DNA of 64,000 nucleotides from a virus: IMG/VR virus record IMGVR_UViG_3300014720_000003, positions 32,001 to 96,000 of that record; one strand, 5' to 3'. Shown piece by piece: positions 55,368 to 64,000 of this stretch (position 1 is its first letter; each line of letters starts with the position of its first letter). The notes under the pieces were generated by a model. It saw only the letters and a program-made list of their open reading frames with translations, ran no database searches and was not told where the DNA came from. The position numbers and the translations under genes were made by a program.

Positions 55368-56784
55368 CTATGAAACCCTTTTCATCTGATTTGTTATTAT
55401 GAATAATTTCTAGTCTAGTTTTACCTTCTGTAATTTTTGCACACCAACCCTTCATATTACAATTTATATAATCATTATCGTCTAATCCACCACCATGACG
55501 ACTGATCAATGGTACTAATTTTCTATTCCCATTATCTGAACCATCCTCAGCGATTTCTTCGTCACTTTTCCTTTTAAATATTGTGAAATTACTACATAGC
55601 CATATGATTCTGTCTGAACCACTAGCGGTGTCTGTGCTTTCTTTGGTGATGCCATCTCTATTTAATTGTATAAAACCAACGATTGGTACTTTATATCTCA
55701 CAGCAAAATTATGTAAACTGGTCATCATAAAGCCCAATAACTGATATTCTTTCAGATCCTGACTAATACCAGCGCTATCCATTAGTTTTAGATAATCATA
55801 AAAAATAACACAATCTTTCGCAGTACCATCATCGTTGAGTCCCACTTCTTTAACCAACCATCTTCTCATGATAGATAATTGATCTTCAAATGGTTTACCA
55901 GCAATGCTTTTATAAAATAGTTTGGTTTTCTTCAATGACTCTACCGCTTCTGATATCTTGTTTTGTTTTTCTGGTGATTCGACAAATCTGCCTGTTTCGA
56001 TATCGTTTATCTCAACCTCGGTCATCATTGCTAAAACTCTATTGATATGATCTTCTTTTGCCATTTCCGTATCCATATTTAAAACTGGTATATTCAGTTT
56101 ATTAGCAATATAAAAACCAATATTATCTGATAGTAATGTTTTACCTGTTTTGGGTCTAGCCGCTATAATATTCACTGTTCCTCTTCGTAAACCACCACCT
56201 ATAGCTTTATCATAAATAGGAAAACCTGTAGGTATGCCGACTTGATCTATAGGATTATCTATGAGATTCTGTATATAATTATCTAGTCCTTCGCCTATCT
56301 TAGCAGGTTTGTCATCGGCATCATTCAATAAAGATGTAAAATTAAAAATACCGTCTTCTGCCATGCCAATAATTGATGAGACAGGTTCCGTGCCGTTAAC
56401 ATCAAGGAGCTTGTCTTGAACTAGTTCTAGTTGTTTACGTAGTAATCTAGCTATTTCTAGCTTTCTTATCTTAGCGGCAAATTTTCTAACATTATCTAGT
56501 TCTACAGGAAAATCTATTATGGCTTTTAGGTGTTGTGTTTCTTCTTTTTTGGATAAAACATGAGACAACCCCAACTCTTCAGCAGCAGAGTATATAGAAG
56601 CTATGTCTAGCTTAGTGTTATTGCTATCAAATAGTCTTTTGATACATTTGAATATTAGAACATTACTATCTATAGTGAATGATGATTCTTGGATAATATC
56701 GGCTATATCCAGATAGGCTTCATCTCCATAATTATAGATTCCAGCTAAAACTGCTCTTTCAGCAGCAGGATCACATAAGATCAT
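55330..56784 (-). CDS. dnaB: replicative helicase
   Basis: AERAVLAG; ARPKTGKT; EM; DYL.LM; QLNR. Confidence 0.92.
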   Translation of the reverse strand: MILCDPAAERAVLAGIYNYGDEAYLDIADIIQESSFTIDSNVLIFKCIKRLFDSNNTKLDIASIYSAAEELGLSHVLSKKEETQHLKAIIDFPVELDNVRKFAAKIRKLEIARLLRKQLELVQDKLLDVNGTEPVSSIIGMAEDGIFNFTSLLNDADDKPAKIGEGLDNYIQNLIDNPIDQVGIPTGFPIYDKAIGGGLRRGTVNIIAARPKTGKTLLSDNIGFYIANKLNIPVLNMDTEMAKEDHINRVLAMMTEVEINDIETGRFVESPEKQNKISEAVESLKKTKLFYKSIAGKPFEDQLSIMRRWLVKEVGLNDDGTAKDCVIFYDYLKLMDSAGISQDLKEYQLLGFMMTSLHNFAVRYKVPIVGFIQLNRDGITKESTDTASGSDRIIWLCSNFTIFKRKSDEEIAEDGSDNGNRKLVPLISRHGGGLDDNDYINCNMKGWCAKITEGKTRLEIIHNNKSDEKGFIVDDNNDTTIPFE

Positions 56785-56787
56785 CTA

Positions 56788-57150
56788 TCACCCCGCTCCA
56801 GTCGAACACTTGTTACACTTGTATCTTTCTTTAGACTCTACCAAGACCGGAGGAACCTTATCTTTTTTTCCACACACCCTACATTGAACATTGATATAAT
56901 CAAAATCTCTATTTCTGGCGGATGGTGGTGGTTTTCTAATTTTTCTATCAAATTCCACATCCTCTTTACACATATTAAATTCTGCCATTTGATCAAACTT
57001 ATTGATACGATTAGTTTTCTTTTTTGTGGATGTGCTATTTTTCGTTTTGTTAGATCTCGGCTTATCTACAGTATCATCGTCGTTGTCATCTGTTAATCCT
57101 TTTTGCAGAATAGCTATCAAAGCTTTGATATCATCTTTATCAAGTCCCAT
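56788..57150 (-). CDS. hypothetical protein with C-terminal zinc ribbon
   Basis: CRVC...CNKC. Confidence 0.7.
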   Translation of the reverse strand: MGLDKDDIKALIAILQKGLTDDNDDDTVDKPRSNKTKNSTSTKKKTNRINKFDQMAEFNMCKEDVEFDRKIRKPPPSARNRDFDYINVQCRVCGKKDKVPPVLVESKERYKCNKCSTGAG

Positions 57151-57628
57151 GCTTCACCTTTGTTTTTTGTATAGACAATAATATATCAGAAAGATTTTTT
57201 ATTCCATTAGCTAAATATGATAATCTATCACTACGTTGTTTGGCATACACCTTAATTTTATTTAATGATGAGGCTTTATCATTGTGTTTAATTGCCTGTC
57301 CAGATTTTTCTAGATATCCATATCCTTTGTAGTTATTTATTTCGTCTGCAATCGTTTCTTTGATAACTTCATCAGCCCAGTTAAATCTTGCTAACTCCCT
57401 GTTGACTGTTCTTTGTATATGAAAAGCAAACTGACCTAATCTATAAGAAATTTGAGCGCAGTCTTCTGGACCAAGTTTTTCTATACTATCTCTGTTCATA
57501 GTAAGATAAATATTTAGCTCATCAGATCCCAAGACATCTTCTTTGTATTCTGGCAAACCAATTGATTGTTCATATTCGTCTAAAATATCATCCCAATATT
57601 TAATTTCTTCTTTTGATGTTTTAAGCAT
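57140..57628 (-). CDS. helical hypothetical protein (UvsY-like position)
   Basis: Coiled-coil ORF near recA; function inferred only from context. Confidence 0.5.
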   Translation of the reverse strand: MLKTSKEEIKYWDDILDEYEQSIGLPEYKEDVLGSDELNIYLTMNRDSIEKLGPEDCAQISYRLGQFAFHIQRTVNRELARFNWADEVIKETIADEINNYKGYGYLEKSGQAIKHNDKASSLNKIKVYAKQRSDRLSYLANGIKNLSDILLSIQKTKVKHGT

Positions 57629-58028
57629 TGTTAATCCTTTCAAACCATGACTCTATAGATTCGTTATAGGGTAAAGCAATATAGGTTATCTGGTTAAGAT
57701 CACACCACTCCTTTTTTTCTCTATCTCTTTTTTGCGATTTTAAAAAATTCAGTAAGTTGTGATGGTAGAATTGCACAAACTTATAGTGTTGTTCTCCATG
57801 CGCCTCTATGCAAGTTTTTTTTAGGGGTAAATAAAAATCTAAGTACAAAACCTCACTCTTTCTTAAAGAGATAGGTACTTCTTCCAAAACTTGGAGTGTG
57901 GGATATGTTTTAGATATCAGTTCTCTGGCCTGCAAATGCAAAGATGATCTATTTACAGTTCTACCCTTTGCCATATTACCACTAAGTAACCAGTTATGTG
58001 AATTACCATCTAAATCAACTATTAACAT
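57621..58028 (-). CDS. DUF559/Vsr-like endonuclease
   Basis: YLDFYLP....IEAHGEQHY...RD.EK..WC. Confidence 0.75.
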   Translation of the reverse strand: MLIVDLDGNSHNWLLSGNMAKGRTVNRSSLHLQARELISKTYPTLQVLEEVPISLRKSEVLYLDFYLPLKKTCIEAHGEQHYKFVQFYHHNLLNFLKSQKRDREKKEWCDLNQITYIALPYNESIESWFERINNA

Positions 58029-59035
58029 TTAATACCCATTGTATCTTTTATGCTTTTCACCAAATTTTCATATGCTTCTGGATGATCTAATAGATAATGA
58101 CGCACTTTTTCGGCTCCTTGAAATTTTGGTTTATCTTCTAGAGCCGTTAGAGTATACCATGCTCCACCCTTATGTATAATACCAATATCTGAAGCAAGGT
58201 TTATGGCCTCCATATACTTATCAATACCTTGTCCATATCTAATATAACTAGTAATATTACCACCCGGTGGCCCAAGAGCAGAGCATACAACTTGCCATTC
58301 TATCTCTTGTCCTATTTGATTACTGTCAGCACTAAGTACCCACGGTTTAAAACTCTTAGCCCTCAATTTGATATCTGTTTGATATGCAATGGCCTGCCCA
58401 CTCTTTTCTTTAAACTCCGCACCATATCCTGTTGGATTACCCATCAAATGAGTAATACCAATTACAATATTTTTATTAACAGGAATCACATTAGCTACTT
58501 TACGACAGAATTTAGCTAATAATTTTGCACCATCTGCTCGCTGCATCTTATCCATTTCACTAGTAATTTCTGCTTCGGTACACAGTGCTGAATAAGAATC
58601 TATAATAAGGATACTTCCCGGTATCTCATTAATGATTTTTTCTGCTATTTGTAAATATTCTTCTGCGTGTAAGATCTTACCCTCTTGGCTTCCTATAACA
58701 TGAAATCTTGATAAATCCAGATCTTTGATGCCTTCTAAATCTCTTTTCTTTAATCTACCTTCAATGTTTAGATAGTACACTTCTCTAGGGCCTTTTAGGG
58801 TTCCTTGATATTGAGATTTTTGAGCAGTAGATGCGAAGTCTAAAGATGTTGTGGTTTTACCGCATTTGGGTTGTCCTGTAAGAACAACGAAACTACCCTC
58901 TGGTATTCCTCCATTCAATACAATGTCTAGTGATGGACTTACTGGTATAGTAATGCTCTTTCTGTCTACAACAGCATTTCCATTTAATATGATATTGTCG
59001 CCAAAGGTTTTTATTACATCTTCTTTTAGACTCAT
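58022..59035 (-). CDS. recA: RecA/UvsX-like recombinase
   Basis: SLDI.L.GGIP.G; G..K.GKTT; IIDS; G.I.K.GAWY. Confidence 0.88.
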   Translation of the reverse strand: MSLKEDVIKTFGDNIILNGNAVVDRKSITIPVSPSLDIVLNGGIPEGSFVVLTGQPKCGKTTTSLDFASTAQKSQYQGTLKGPREVYYLNIEGRLKKRDLEGIKDLDLSRFHVIGSQEGKILHAEEYLQIAEKIINEIPGSILIIDSYSALCTEAEITSEMDKMQRADGAKLLAKFCRKVANVIPVNKNIVIGITHLMGNPTGYGAEFKEKSGQAIAYQTDIKLRAKSFKPWVLSADSNQIGQEIEWQVVCSALGPPGGNITSYIRYGQGIDKYMEAINLASDIGIIHKGGAWYTLTALEDKPKFQGAEKVRHYLLDHPEAYENLVKSIKDTMGIKC

Positions 59036-59448
59036 TATTCTAGATCCTTAAGTTTGGAAATGATATTCTTTGTTGGTTGTGGCTTACTATAATTGATATC
59101 TTGTTTTCTTGACAAATCAACAGATAAATTTTGATTTTGTTGACTTAGCTTGATCTGTTCTTGTTCTATGATAGGTACGAGGTGAGGTGCTCGCAGCGAA
59201 TATATTTTTGTTGCTTTGCTGTTGTTGAGCGCTCTGACTATAGCAATATCGGAATACTTTTTAAGTAATTTATGAGCTGAAGATATTTGATTTCGATAAA
59301 ATTTTTCCCATTCTGGAGTAAGCCAAAATCTATAATGTAAATCTTGCTTATTAATAATAGCCATTTTCTCACAAATCATTTCTGTGATATATTGTGCGGC
59401 TGATACTTCTTTACCATTCGAATATTTAGAAGGATATTTTTTCTTCAT
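59035..59448 (-). CDS. hypothetical protein
   Basis: TAATG-coupled ORF. Confidence 0.7.
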   Translation of the reverse strand: MKKKYPSKYSNGKEVSAAQYITEMICEKMAIINKQDLHYRFWLTPEWEKFYRNQISSAHKLLKKYSDIAIVRALNNSKATKIYSLRAPHLVPIIEQEQIKLSQQNQNLSVDLSRKQDINYSKPQPTKNIISKLKDLE

Positions 59449-60095
59449 TATATTGTATTTTTCCATATGTCTTCATAATAACCCCACCCAGGATAATTTT
59501 TATAAGCTAGGTTTTGATATGTTTTATAATGGGTAGTAAAATGATGTCCATGATTAATATGTATACAAGCTTTTGAGGATGTCCATGTTGTTCTATTGTC
59601 GTCTGGTTCTAGATTGAGCACAACATCTTTGATGGCTGTTTTGATTCTTTGTTCAAAATGATGTACAGCCTCATCAAATATCATTATCATTTGATGTAAT
59701 GGTTGGTGATTTGGTGCTGACAATTGAAAACCAGTATCACATAAACCTATATAGTTAGCATTGCATAAACATCCAGTATCAAATTCAGGAAATAAAAAAT
59801 ATTCTTCTGGATATATTACATCATGTTCCAAAAAACAAACATACTTATATTGGTTTGGATCCACACTATACAACAGTTGTAGTATTTGAATAATAATATT
59901 TAGATGGTTTTTACTATTTGTTAATGCTCTTTTACTATCAAAAGGATTATTATTAATTTTGAACCAAGAGCATGTTTTTATATCTACTAGATGCTTGTTT
60001 AAAGAAATATCACGCAAACTATTTAGTGTATATTCTATAATTTTTGGAATAGAATTATCAGTGTAATATACTCCTAATTTATTGGTTGTAGACAT
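59448..60095 (-). CDS. GT-A-like (glycosyltransferase-like) protein
   Basis: YYTDN start; VCFLEHDVIY (DxD-equivalent). Confidence 0.5.
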   Translation of the reverse strand: MSTTNKLGVYYTDNSIPKIIEYTLNSLRDISLNKHLVDIKTCSWFKINNNPFDSKRALTNSKNHLNIIIQILQLLYSVDPNQYKYVCFLEHDVIYPEEYFLFPEFDTGCLCNANYIGLCDTGFQLSAPNHQPLHQMIMIFDEAVHHFEQRIKTAIKDVVLNLEPDDNRTTWTSSKACIHINHGHHFTTHYKTYQNLAYKNYPGWGYYEDIWKNTI

Positions 60096-60741
60096 TTTTA
60101 TTTACAAACCAGCTATCAAAATCAGTTATCTCTGGAAATACATTAATAAAGTTGTTTTGTTCCAATAGTTGTATAATCTTAGATTTGTTCTCTGTATGGT
60201 TGTGTTCAACAGACATTGTGAGGATATCATATGAGAAATTAAAACTATTTAGTATATCAAATTCAGAACCCTCTGTATCTATTGAAACATAATCTATAGT
60301 TTGTGGCGCATTATATTGAGATAATAGATCATTTAATGAAACAGATTCAACGTCGTAGATTTTAGCGTCTACTCTATTCCAAGCCCAAAAATCATTGTTA
60401 GTATAACTATCTATACAAGATAATTCTCCAAATTTGCAATCTCTAAATGATAGATTTTGTCCTGTTGAAGAAGATACACATCTAAAATCTTTGCGGCATG
60501 ACCGATTAGCTAATAAAGATTCGTGGTATTGTTTGGCTGGTTCACAAAGTATACCAGACCACGAATATTCTTTTTCCAACAAGAATGTATTAGATTTTTC
60601 TATACCATCTGTGGCACCAAACTCAACAAAATATCCATTTGTTTTTTCTCCAAGAATAAATAATACAAACAAATCTTGTCCTAATTGAGAATATTTAGAT
60701 TTATTCTGTTGATATTCTAAAAATCTATTTATATCTAGCAT
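60079..60741 (-). CDS. FkbM-family SAM methyltransferase
   Basis: SQLGQD; FVEFGA.DG...SNT; W.GI..EP; IDTEGSE; VEHN. Confidence 0.9.
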   Translation of the reverse strand: MLDINRFLEYQQNKSKYSQLGQDLFVLFILGEKTNGYFVEFGATDGIEKSNTFLLEKEYSWSGILCEPAKQYHESLLANRSCRKDFRCVSSSTGQNLSFRDCKFGELSCIDSYTNNDFWAWNRVDAKIYDVESVSLNDLLSQYNAPQTIDYVSIDTEGSEFDILNSFNFSYDILTMSVEHNHTENKSKIIQLLEQNNFINVFPEITDFDSWFVNKNVYNQ

Positions 60742-60749
60742 AATTAATT

Positions 60750-61052
60750 TTAGCTATTTTTAGGTCTATATATACAATCTTGTGTTCTATTGGTGGTATT
60801 CATATTTTTTATCAGTTCATCATTTTGCATAGATGCTGCTTGTGTCATGATGCTAACATTTTTGCTTTTTTTAGCACTAGTTTCATTGATCATTAGGTTT
60901 TTAGTGGATGATTGTTTGTTTGTGGGATTTTTATCCAAAATTTTAGACACATCAGATTCTTTGAGCTTTAGTTCTTTCGCTATTGTAGCATTATCCATTT
61001 TCATGGTGTCGTGTAAATATTTAACGGCGTATTCTTGGATTTTTGTGCTCAT
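60750..61052 (-). CDS. hypothetical protein with N-terminal HTH
   Basis: IAKELKL.ES.V.KIL. Confidence 0.65.
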   Translation of the reverse strand: MSTKIQEYAVKYLHDTMKMDNATIAKELKLKESDVSKILDKNPTNKQSSTKNLMINETSAKKSKNVSIMTQAASMQNDELIKNMNTTNRTQDCIYRPKNS

Positions 61053-61456
61053 TAGGACATCTCTCTTTCTGCATTATTTATCCATGCTATGTTTTTTGTG
61101 GTAAGAAAATTAGAATATAGATCGAAGATTTGTTGATTTACCTCTTTGAATTCCCATTCTTTTCTACCAATCTTACTCATGAATTTATTGTTATTGCCCT
61201 CACTATATAGCCCTATTGGATTATACAGTTTGCCGTGTGCTCCAACTTTTACAAAATATCTTTTAGGATTAGTTCCATACTGGGAGGATTTTGCTACCAC
61301 TAATTCATTCTCTTTGTTTGCTCTTGGTTTTTTATTTTCGTCTATAAAGTCGTGATCACCTAATATGGTATAAAAACACTCTATACGATTAGTGTCCGTA
61401 GATGTTGTATTTTGACGATAGATAAATTGATCGGTATCTGTTGTTAATTTGGCCAT
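61052..61456 (-). CDS. hypothetical protein
   Basis: Coupled ORF. Confidence 0.7.
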   Translation of the reverse strand: MAKLTTDTDQFIYRQNTTSTDTNRIECFYTILGDHDFIDENKKPRANKENELVVAKSSQYGTNPKRYFVKVGAHGKLYNPIGLYSEGNNNKFMSKIGRKEWEFKEVNQQIFDLYSNFLTTKNIAWINNAEREMS

Positions 61457-61791
61457 ATGGTTTTTGGTCCTTTCTTTATTCTTGACATTCCTTTTGGTAG
61501 GGGTTTTTCCGACTGTTTTTCTTTGTAATCATTATGTTTGGAGTATAATGATGTTTTTTGATCATCGCTCATTCTGTCTCTATTTCTATTAGCTAAATCT
61601 CCTATGGTTTTTAGTTCACTATCTGATTTTCTTACCGATGCTGATTGTGTGGCTAAATCAAGCATATAATCTCTGTGTGTATCCGTATTTTTACAGAATG
61701 TGCATTTGGGTGATTGCTCGTAATCTTTGATGTAAAAAAACAACTCGAACTGTTTATGACAATGATTACAATGATATGAATAGGTTGGCAT
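61444..61791 (-). CDS. FmdB-family zinc-ribbon protein
   Basis: MPTYSYHC..C...FE.........C..C. Confidence 0.8.
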   Translation of the reverse strand: MPTYSYHCNHCHKQFELFFYIKDYEQSPKCTFCKNTDTHRDYMLDLATQSASVRKSDSELKTIGDLANRNRDRMSDDQKTSLYSKHNDYKEKQSEKPLPKGMSRIKKGPKTIWPN

Positions 61792-61793
61792 AT

Positions 61794-62378
61794 CTACACA
61801 ATATAAGAATCTGGTAAATAGATAGACCATTCTGGTGGTAGGTCTGTTTTTATTTTAGATAGGTGGTACGAGATTGGCAAGTATTTGGGACTCTTATTTG
61901 GCTTGAATGGTAGCCCTAATAAGGACATATGCGCCTGTTTGGGGGTTCGGTTTCCCTTTTTACGATTACATGATATGCAAGATGTTACAATATTGGTCCA
62001 ACAAGTGGGAGAACCATTATCGTTATTCCATATAGATTTCGGAATCACATGATCATAAGTTAATTCATTGTATGTAAAAACACTAGAACAATATTGACAC
62101 GTAAAATTATCTCGTATAAAAATGTTCTTACGAGAGAATGTAACATTTTGTTTATCTATTTTAAAGTATCGTTTGGTCCTAGCAACTGCTGGTACTGGAT
62201 ATTTTCTGTTGTTTGTTCCATTTATATGATCATCTTTATAGAAATCAATCACATCAATACCATACCTTGGATTGTGTTCGTATTTCATATACCAAACTAT
62301 AGCTTTTTGCCAATCAATAATTGATAATGGGCTATAATCAGCATTGAGCAGTAGACATTTACTGTTTTTTAGTCTCAT
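61794..62378 (-). CDS. HNH endonuclease (McrA-like)
   Basis: LLLNADY.PL; R.NIF.RD.F.CQYC; T.DHVIP; W.N.V.SC..CN..KG..TP. Confidence 0.9.
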   Translation of the reverse strand: MRLKNSKCLLLNADYSPLSIIDWQKAIVWYMKYEHNPRYGIDVIDFYKDDHINGTNNRKYPVPAVARTKRYFKIDKQNVTFSRKNIFIRDNFTCQYCSSVFTYNELTYDHVIPKSIWNNDNGSPTCWTNIVTSCISCNRKKGNRTPKQAHMSLLGLPFKPNKSPKYLPISYHLSKIKTDLPPEWSIYLPDSYIV

Positions 62379-63090
62379 CTTCTAAAAACTCTAATCTTAG
62401 TAGAATCTTAGCAATAATTGGATTTCTAACAATATCCCCATATTCTAGTCTGGAAAGTCCTATGCTGTCCACACCATCGAGGGCTTTAATTAAATCCAAA
62501 AATCCGCCACGGAAATTCCTTGGCAAATCAGACTGACTAATATCTCCTGTTAATACCATTTTACTGTTGTTTCCTATGCGTGTCAACAACATTTTTAATT
62601 GATCATACGAAGCATTCTGGCACTCATCTGCTACTATAAAGCTATTGTGAAAGTTTCGTCCTCTCATTAATCCCAAGGGGACTATCTCAATTTTATTATT
62701 AAGCTTTAATGCCGCATAATGACTCACAGGAATAAAATGCAATATTTCATCTAGTATTGGCAATAGGTAAGGATGTAATTTTTCCTCTGCTGTACCAGGA
62801 AGATATCCTATTTTCTCTCCGCTCTCTACTACTGGTCTGGTTATAATAATTTTTTTTATTTTATCATCTAATAGATATTCCAGAGCCATACCTATAGCAA
62901 TATGTGTTTTACCACTTCCAGCCACGCCCTGACAAAACGTGATAGTATTTTCTGCTACTGTTCTTATATAATCTTTTTGATTATCTGATCGTGGTCTTAA
63001 TCTATTACGATATAGTGGACCACTCGATTCAATATCGTTTGTAGCATCTATAACCTTAGACTTTCTCTTATCTTTGTTGTTCTTTCTCAA
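62359..63090 (-). CDS. phoH: PhoH-like ATPase
   Basis: G.AGSGKT; ITRP.VE; GYLPG; MRGR; DE.QN; LTRIG; GD..Q.D. Confidence 0.92.
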   Translation of the reverse strand: MRKNNKDKRKSKVIDATNDIESSGPLYRNRLRPRSDNQKDYIRTVAENTITFCQGVAGSGKTHIAIGMALEYLLDDKIKKIIITRPVVESGEKIGYLPGTAEEKLHPYLLPILDEILHFIPVSHYAALKLNNKIEIVPLGLMRGRNFHNSFIVADECQNASYDQLKMLLTRIGNNSKMVLTGDISQSDLPRNFRGGFLDLIKALDGVDSIGLSRLEYGDIVRNPIIAKILLRLEFLEDETKKQ

Positions 63091-63114
63091 TGGGATACCT
63101 CGCTGAAAATGGGA

Positions 63115-64000
63115 TTAAATTAAGCAAGCGCCGCCGGCACAACTAATCTCTTCTATTCCAGCAGTATTATCCTCTGTTTCTAATAGTTGTGTATAATCAA
63201 CCTTTTTATAGCTGTCATATAAATCACAATATATTTTCCAGTTATAAACATCCTTCATACAGTAAGTCAATCTCCTTACATCCCCATTAAAATATTTACC
63301 AGCAAAATTCTTCATCTTTGTGGTGAATAATAGCTTTTCCTTAGTGTCGTTTTCTTTAGCTTGATTCATATTCACATAATCACAAGCAGCCCAAAGATTA
63401 TTATCAAAAGCATTTAGTCCAAGTTCTATTAATCCAGAGCACCATAACGCAGCATCTCCGTATTCTTTTACTATTTCTCTGCTTGTGTAAACAGTGGTGA
63501 ACGGTGCTTGAGGGTAATCTTTATCTCCGCTTTGTGGAATTAAACTAATACCAGCAAAATATTTACGATTATCATAAATATATTTTGTTACCTGTTCCCA
63601 TTCATCTGGTTTTACTGTAACAGTATTACTAACATTATGACTAAGATAATCTTGAGTACATAATGATTTATTCTTACCAGAGTGTACCCAATTCTTTTGA
63701 GTATCCTTTACGATAGAGAGCATATCCACAGCGGGAAGTTGATTCTTGGTTTTGGCTCCGTCGGGAACTTCAATTGGAAATTTAACTACCTCATCAGTAT
63801 TATTTGCTGACCAGCGAGATTTTTCGCACGCTTGTGGGTTATAATTCTTAAAGTGCTGGTATGGTGCTTCTAAAACATTAGCCTGCACATGGCGTATATA
63901 GCGTTTAGCGTGATGAGGATGGATGCCAGAACTAGTCCCGAGCATACTGCTGCTTGTGCCCTCTGGTTTTAAACACGTTACTCTAGCAGCTTGATTAATA
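63115..64000 (-). CDS. nrdJ: class II (B12-dependent) ribonucleotide reductase, C-terminal part
   Basis: AARVTCLKPEGTSS..LG.SSGIH; HNVS.T; Y.QAP; C-terminal CAGGAC; 5' end lies outside the window. Confidence 0.85.
   Translation of the reverse strand, partial: INQAARVTCLKPEGTSSSMLGTSSGIHPHHAKRYIRHVQANVLEAPYQHFKNYNPQACEKSRWSANNTDEVVKFPIEVPDGAKTKNQLPAVDMLSIVKDTQKNWVHSGKNKSLCTQDYLSHNVSNTVTVKPDEWEQVTKYIYDNRKYFAGISLIPQSGDKDYPQAPFTTVYTSREIVKEYGDAALWCSGLIELGLNAFDNNLWAACDYVNMNQAKENDTKEKLLFTTKMKNFAGKYFNGDVRRLTYCMKDVYNWKIYCDLYDSYKKVDYTQLLETEDNTAGIEEISCAGGACLI

Noticed and set aside
48223-56784. Inteins or introns in dnaE and dnaB (also checked terL, recA and the nrdJ fragment)
   Set aside because: Motifs are contiguous at normal spacing, with no splice-junction or LAGLIDADG blocks.
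4363-64000. Stop-codon reassignment
   Set aside because: Genes are full length under code 11, and TAA, TAG and TGA all end genes at coupled boundaries.
59035-64000. PhoH, FkbM, FmdB, HNH and class II RNR as novelties
   Set aside because: All are common accessory genes in large aquatic phages.

Overview
This window is part of a large, AT-rich tailed dsDNA phage genome, probably a long-tailed siphovirus. It uses the standard code, and I found no integrase, tRNA or CRISPR array. It has three blocks. (1) Positions 1-4250 are a GC-richer, repeat-dense, minus-strand 'early' region built from duplicated cassettes. Each cassette has a sigma70-type promoter with a 16-bp spacer, small genes (three are paralogues, and four are unannotated micro membrane peptides), sigma54-like TGGCAC-N5-TTGCW boxes, pairs of TGCCA-N3-TGGCA palindromes exactly 29 bp apart, and C5-N3/4-G5 hairpins. 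(2) Positions 4363-40840 are a plus-strand block. It encodes a PARG-type ADP-ribosylhydrolase, a phage sigma factor, HNH and ERCC4 nucleases, terminase, portal, protease with a nested scaffold, capsid, neck, tail tube, chaperones, a 3949-aa tape measure protein (TMP) and tail-tip genes. (3) Positions 40841-64000 are a minus-strand replication and metabolism block. It encodes glycosyltransferases, SSB, an intein-less split DnaE with a DEDDh exonuclease between the halves, a Cas4-like nuclease, dNMP kinase, primase, DnaB, RecA, FkbM, PhoH and a class II RNR. There are two leading candidates for a new system. The first is the TMP, which carries a string of enzyme-like domains (PD-(D/E)xK nuclease, ADP-ribosyltransferase, zincin peptidase) separated by repeated F-x-x-G-G motifs. 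It looks like an injected, processable effector polyprotein, and a matching eraser (PARG) is encoded in the same window. The second is the early-region array of sigma54-like boxes and tandem operators. All functional calls come from reading motifs by eye; no database searches were run.
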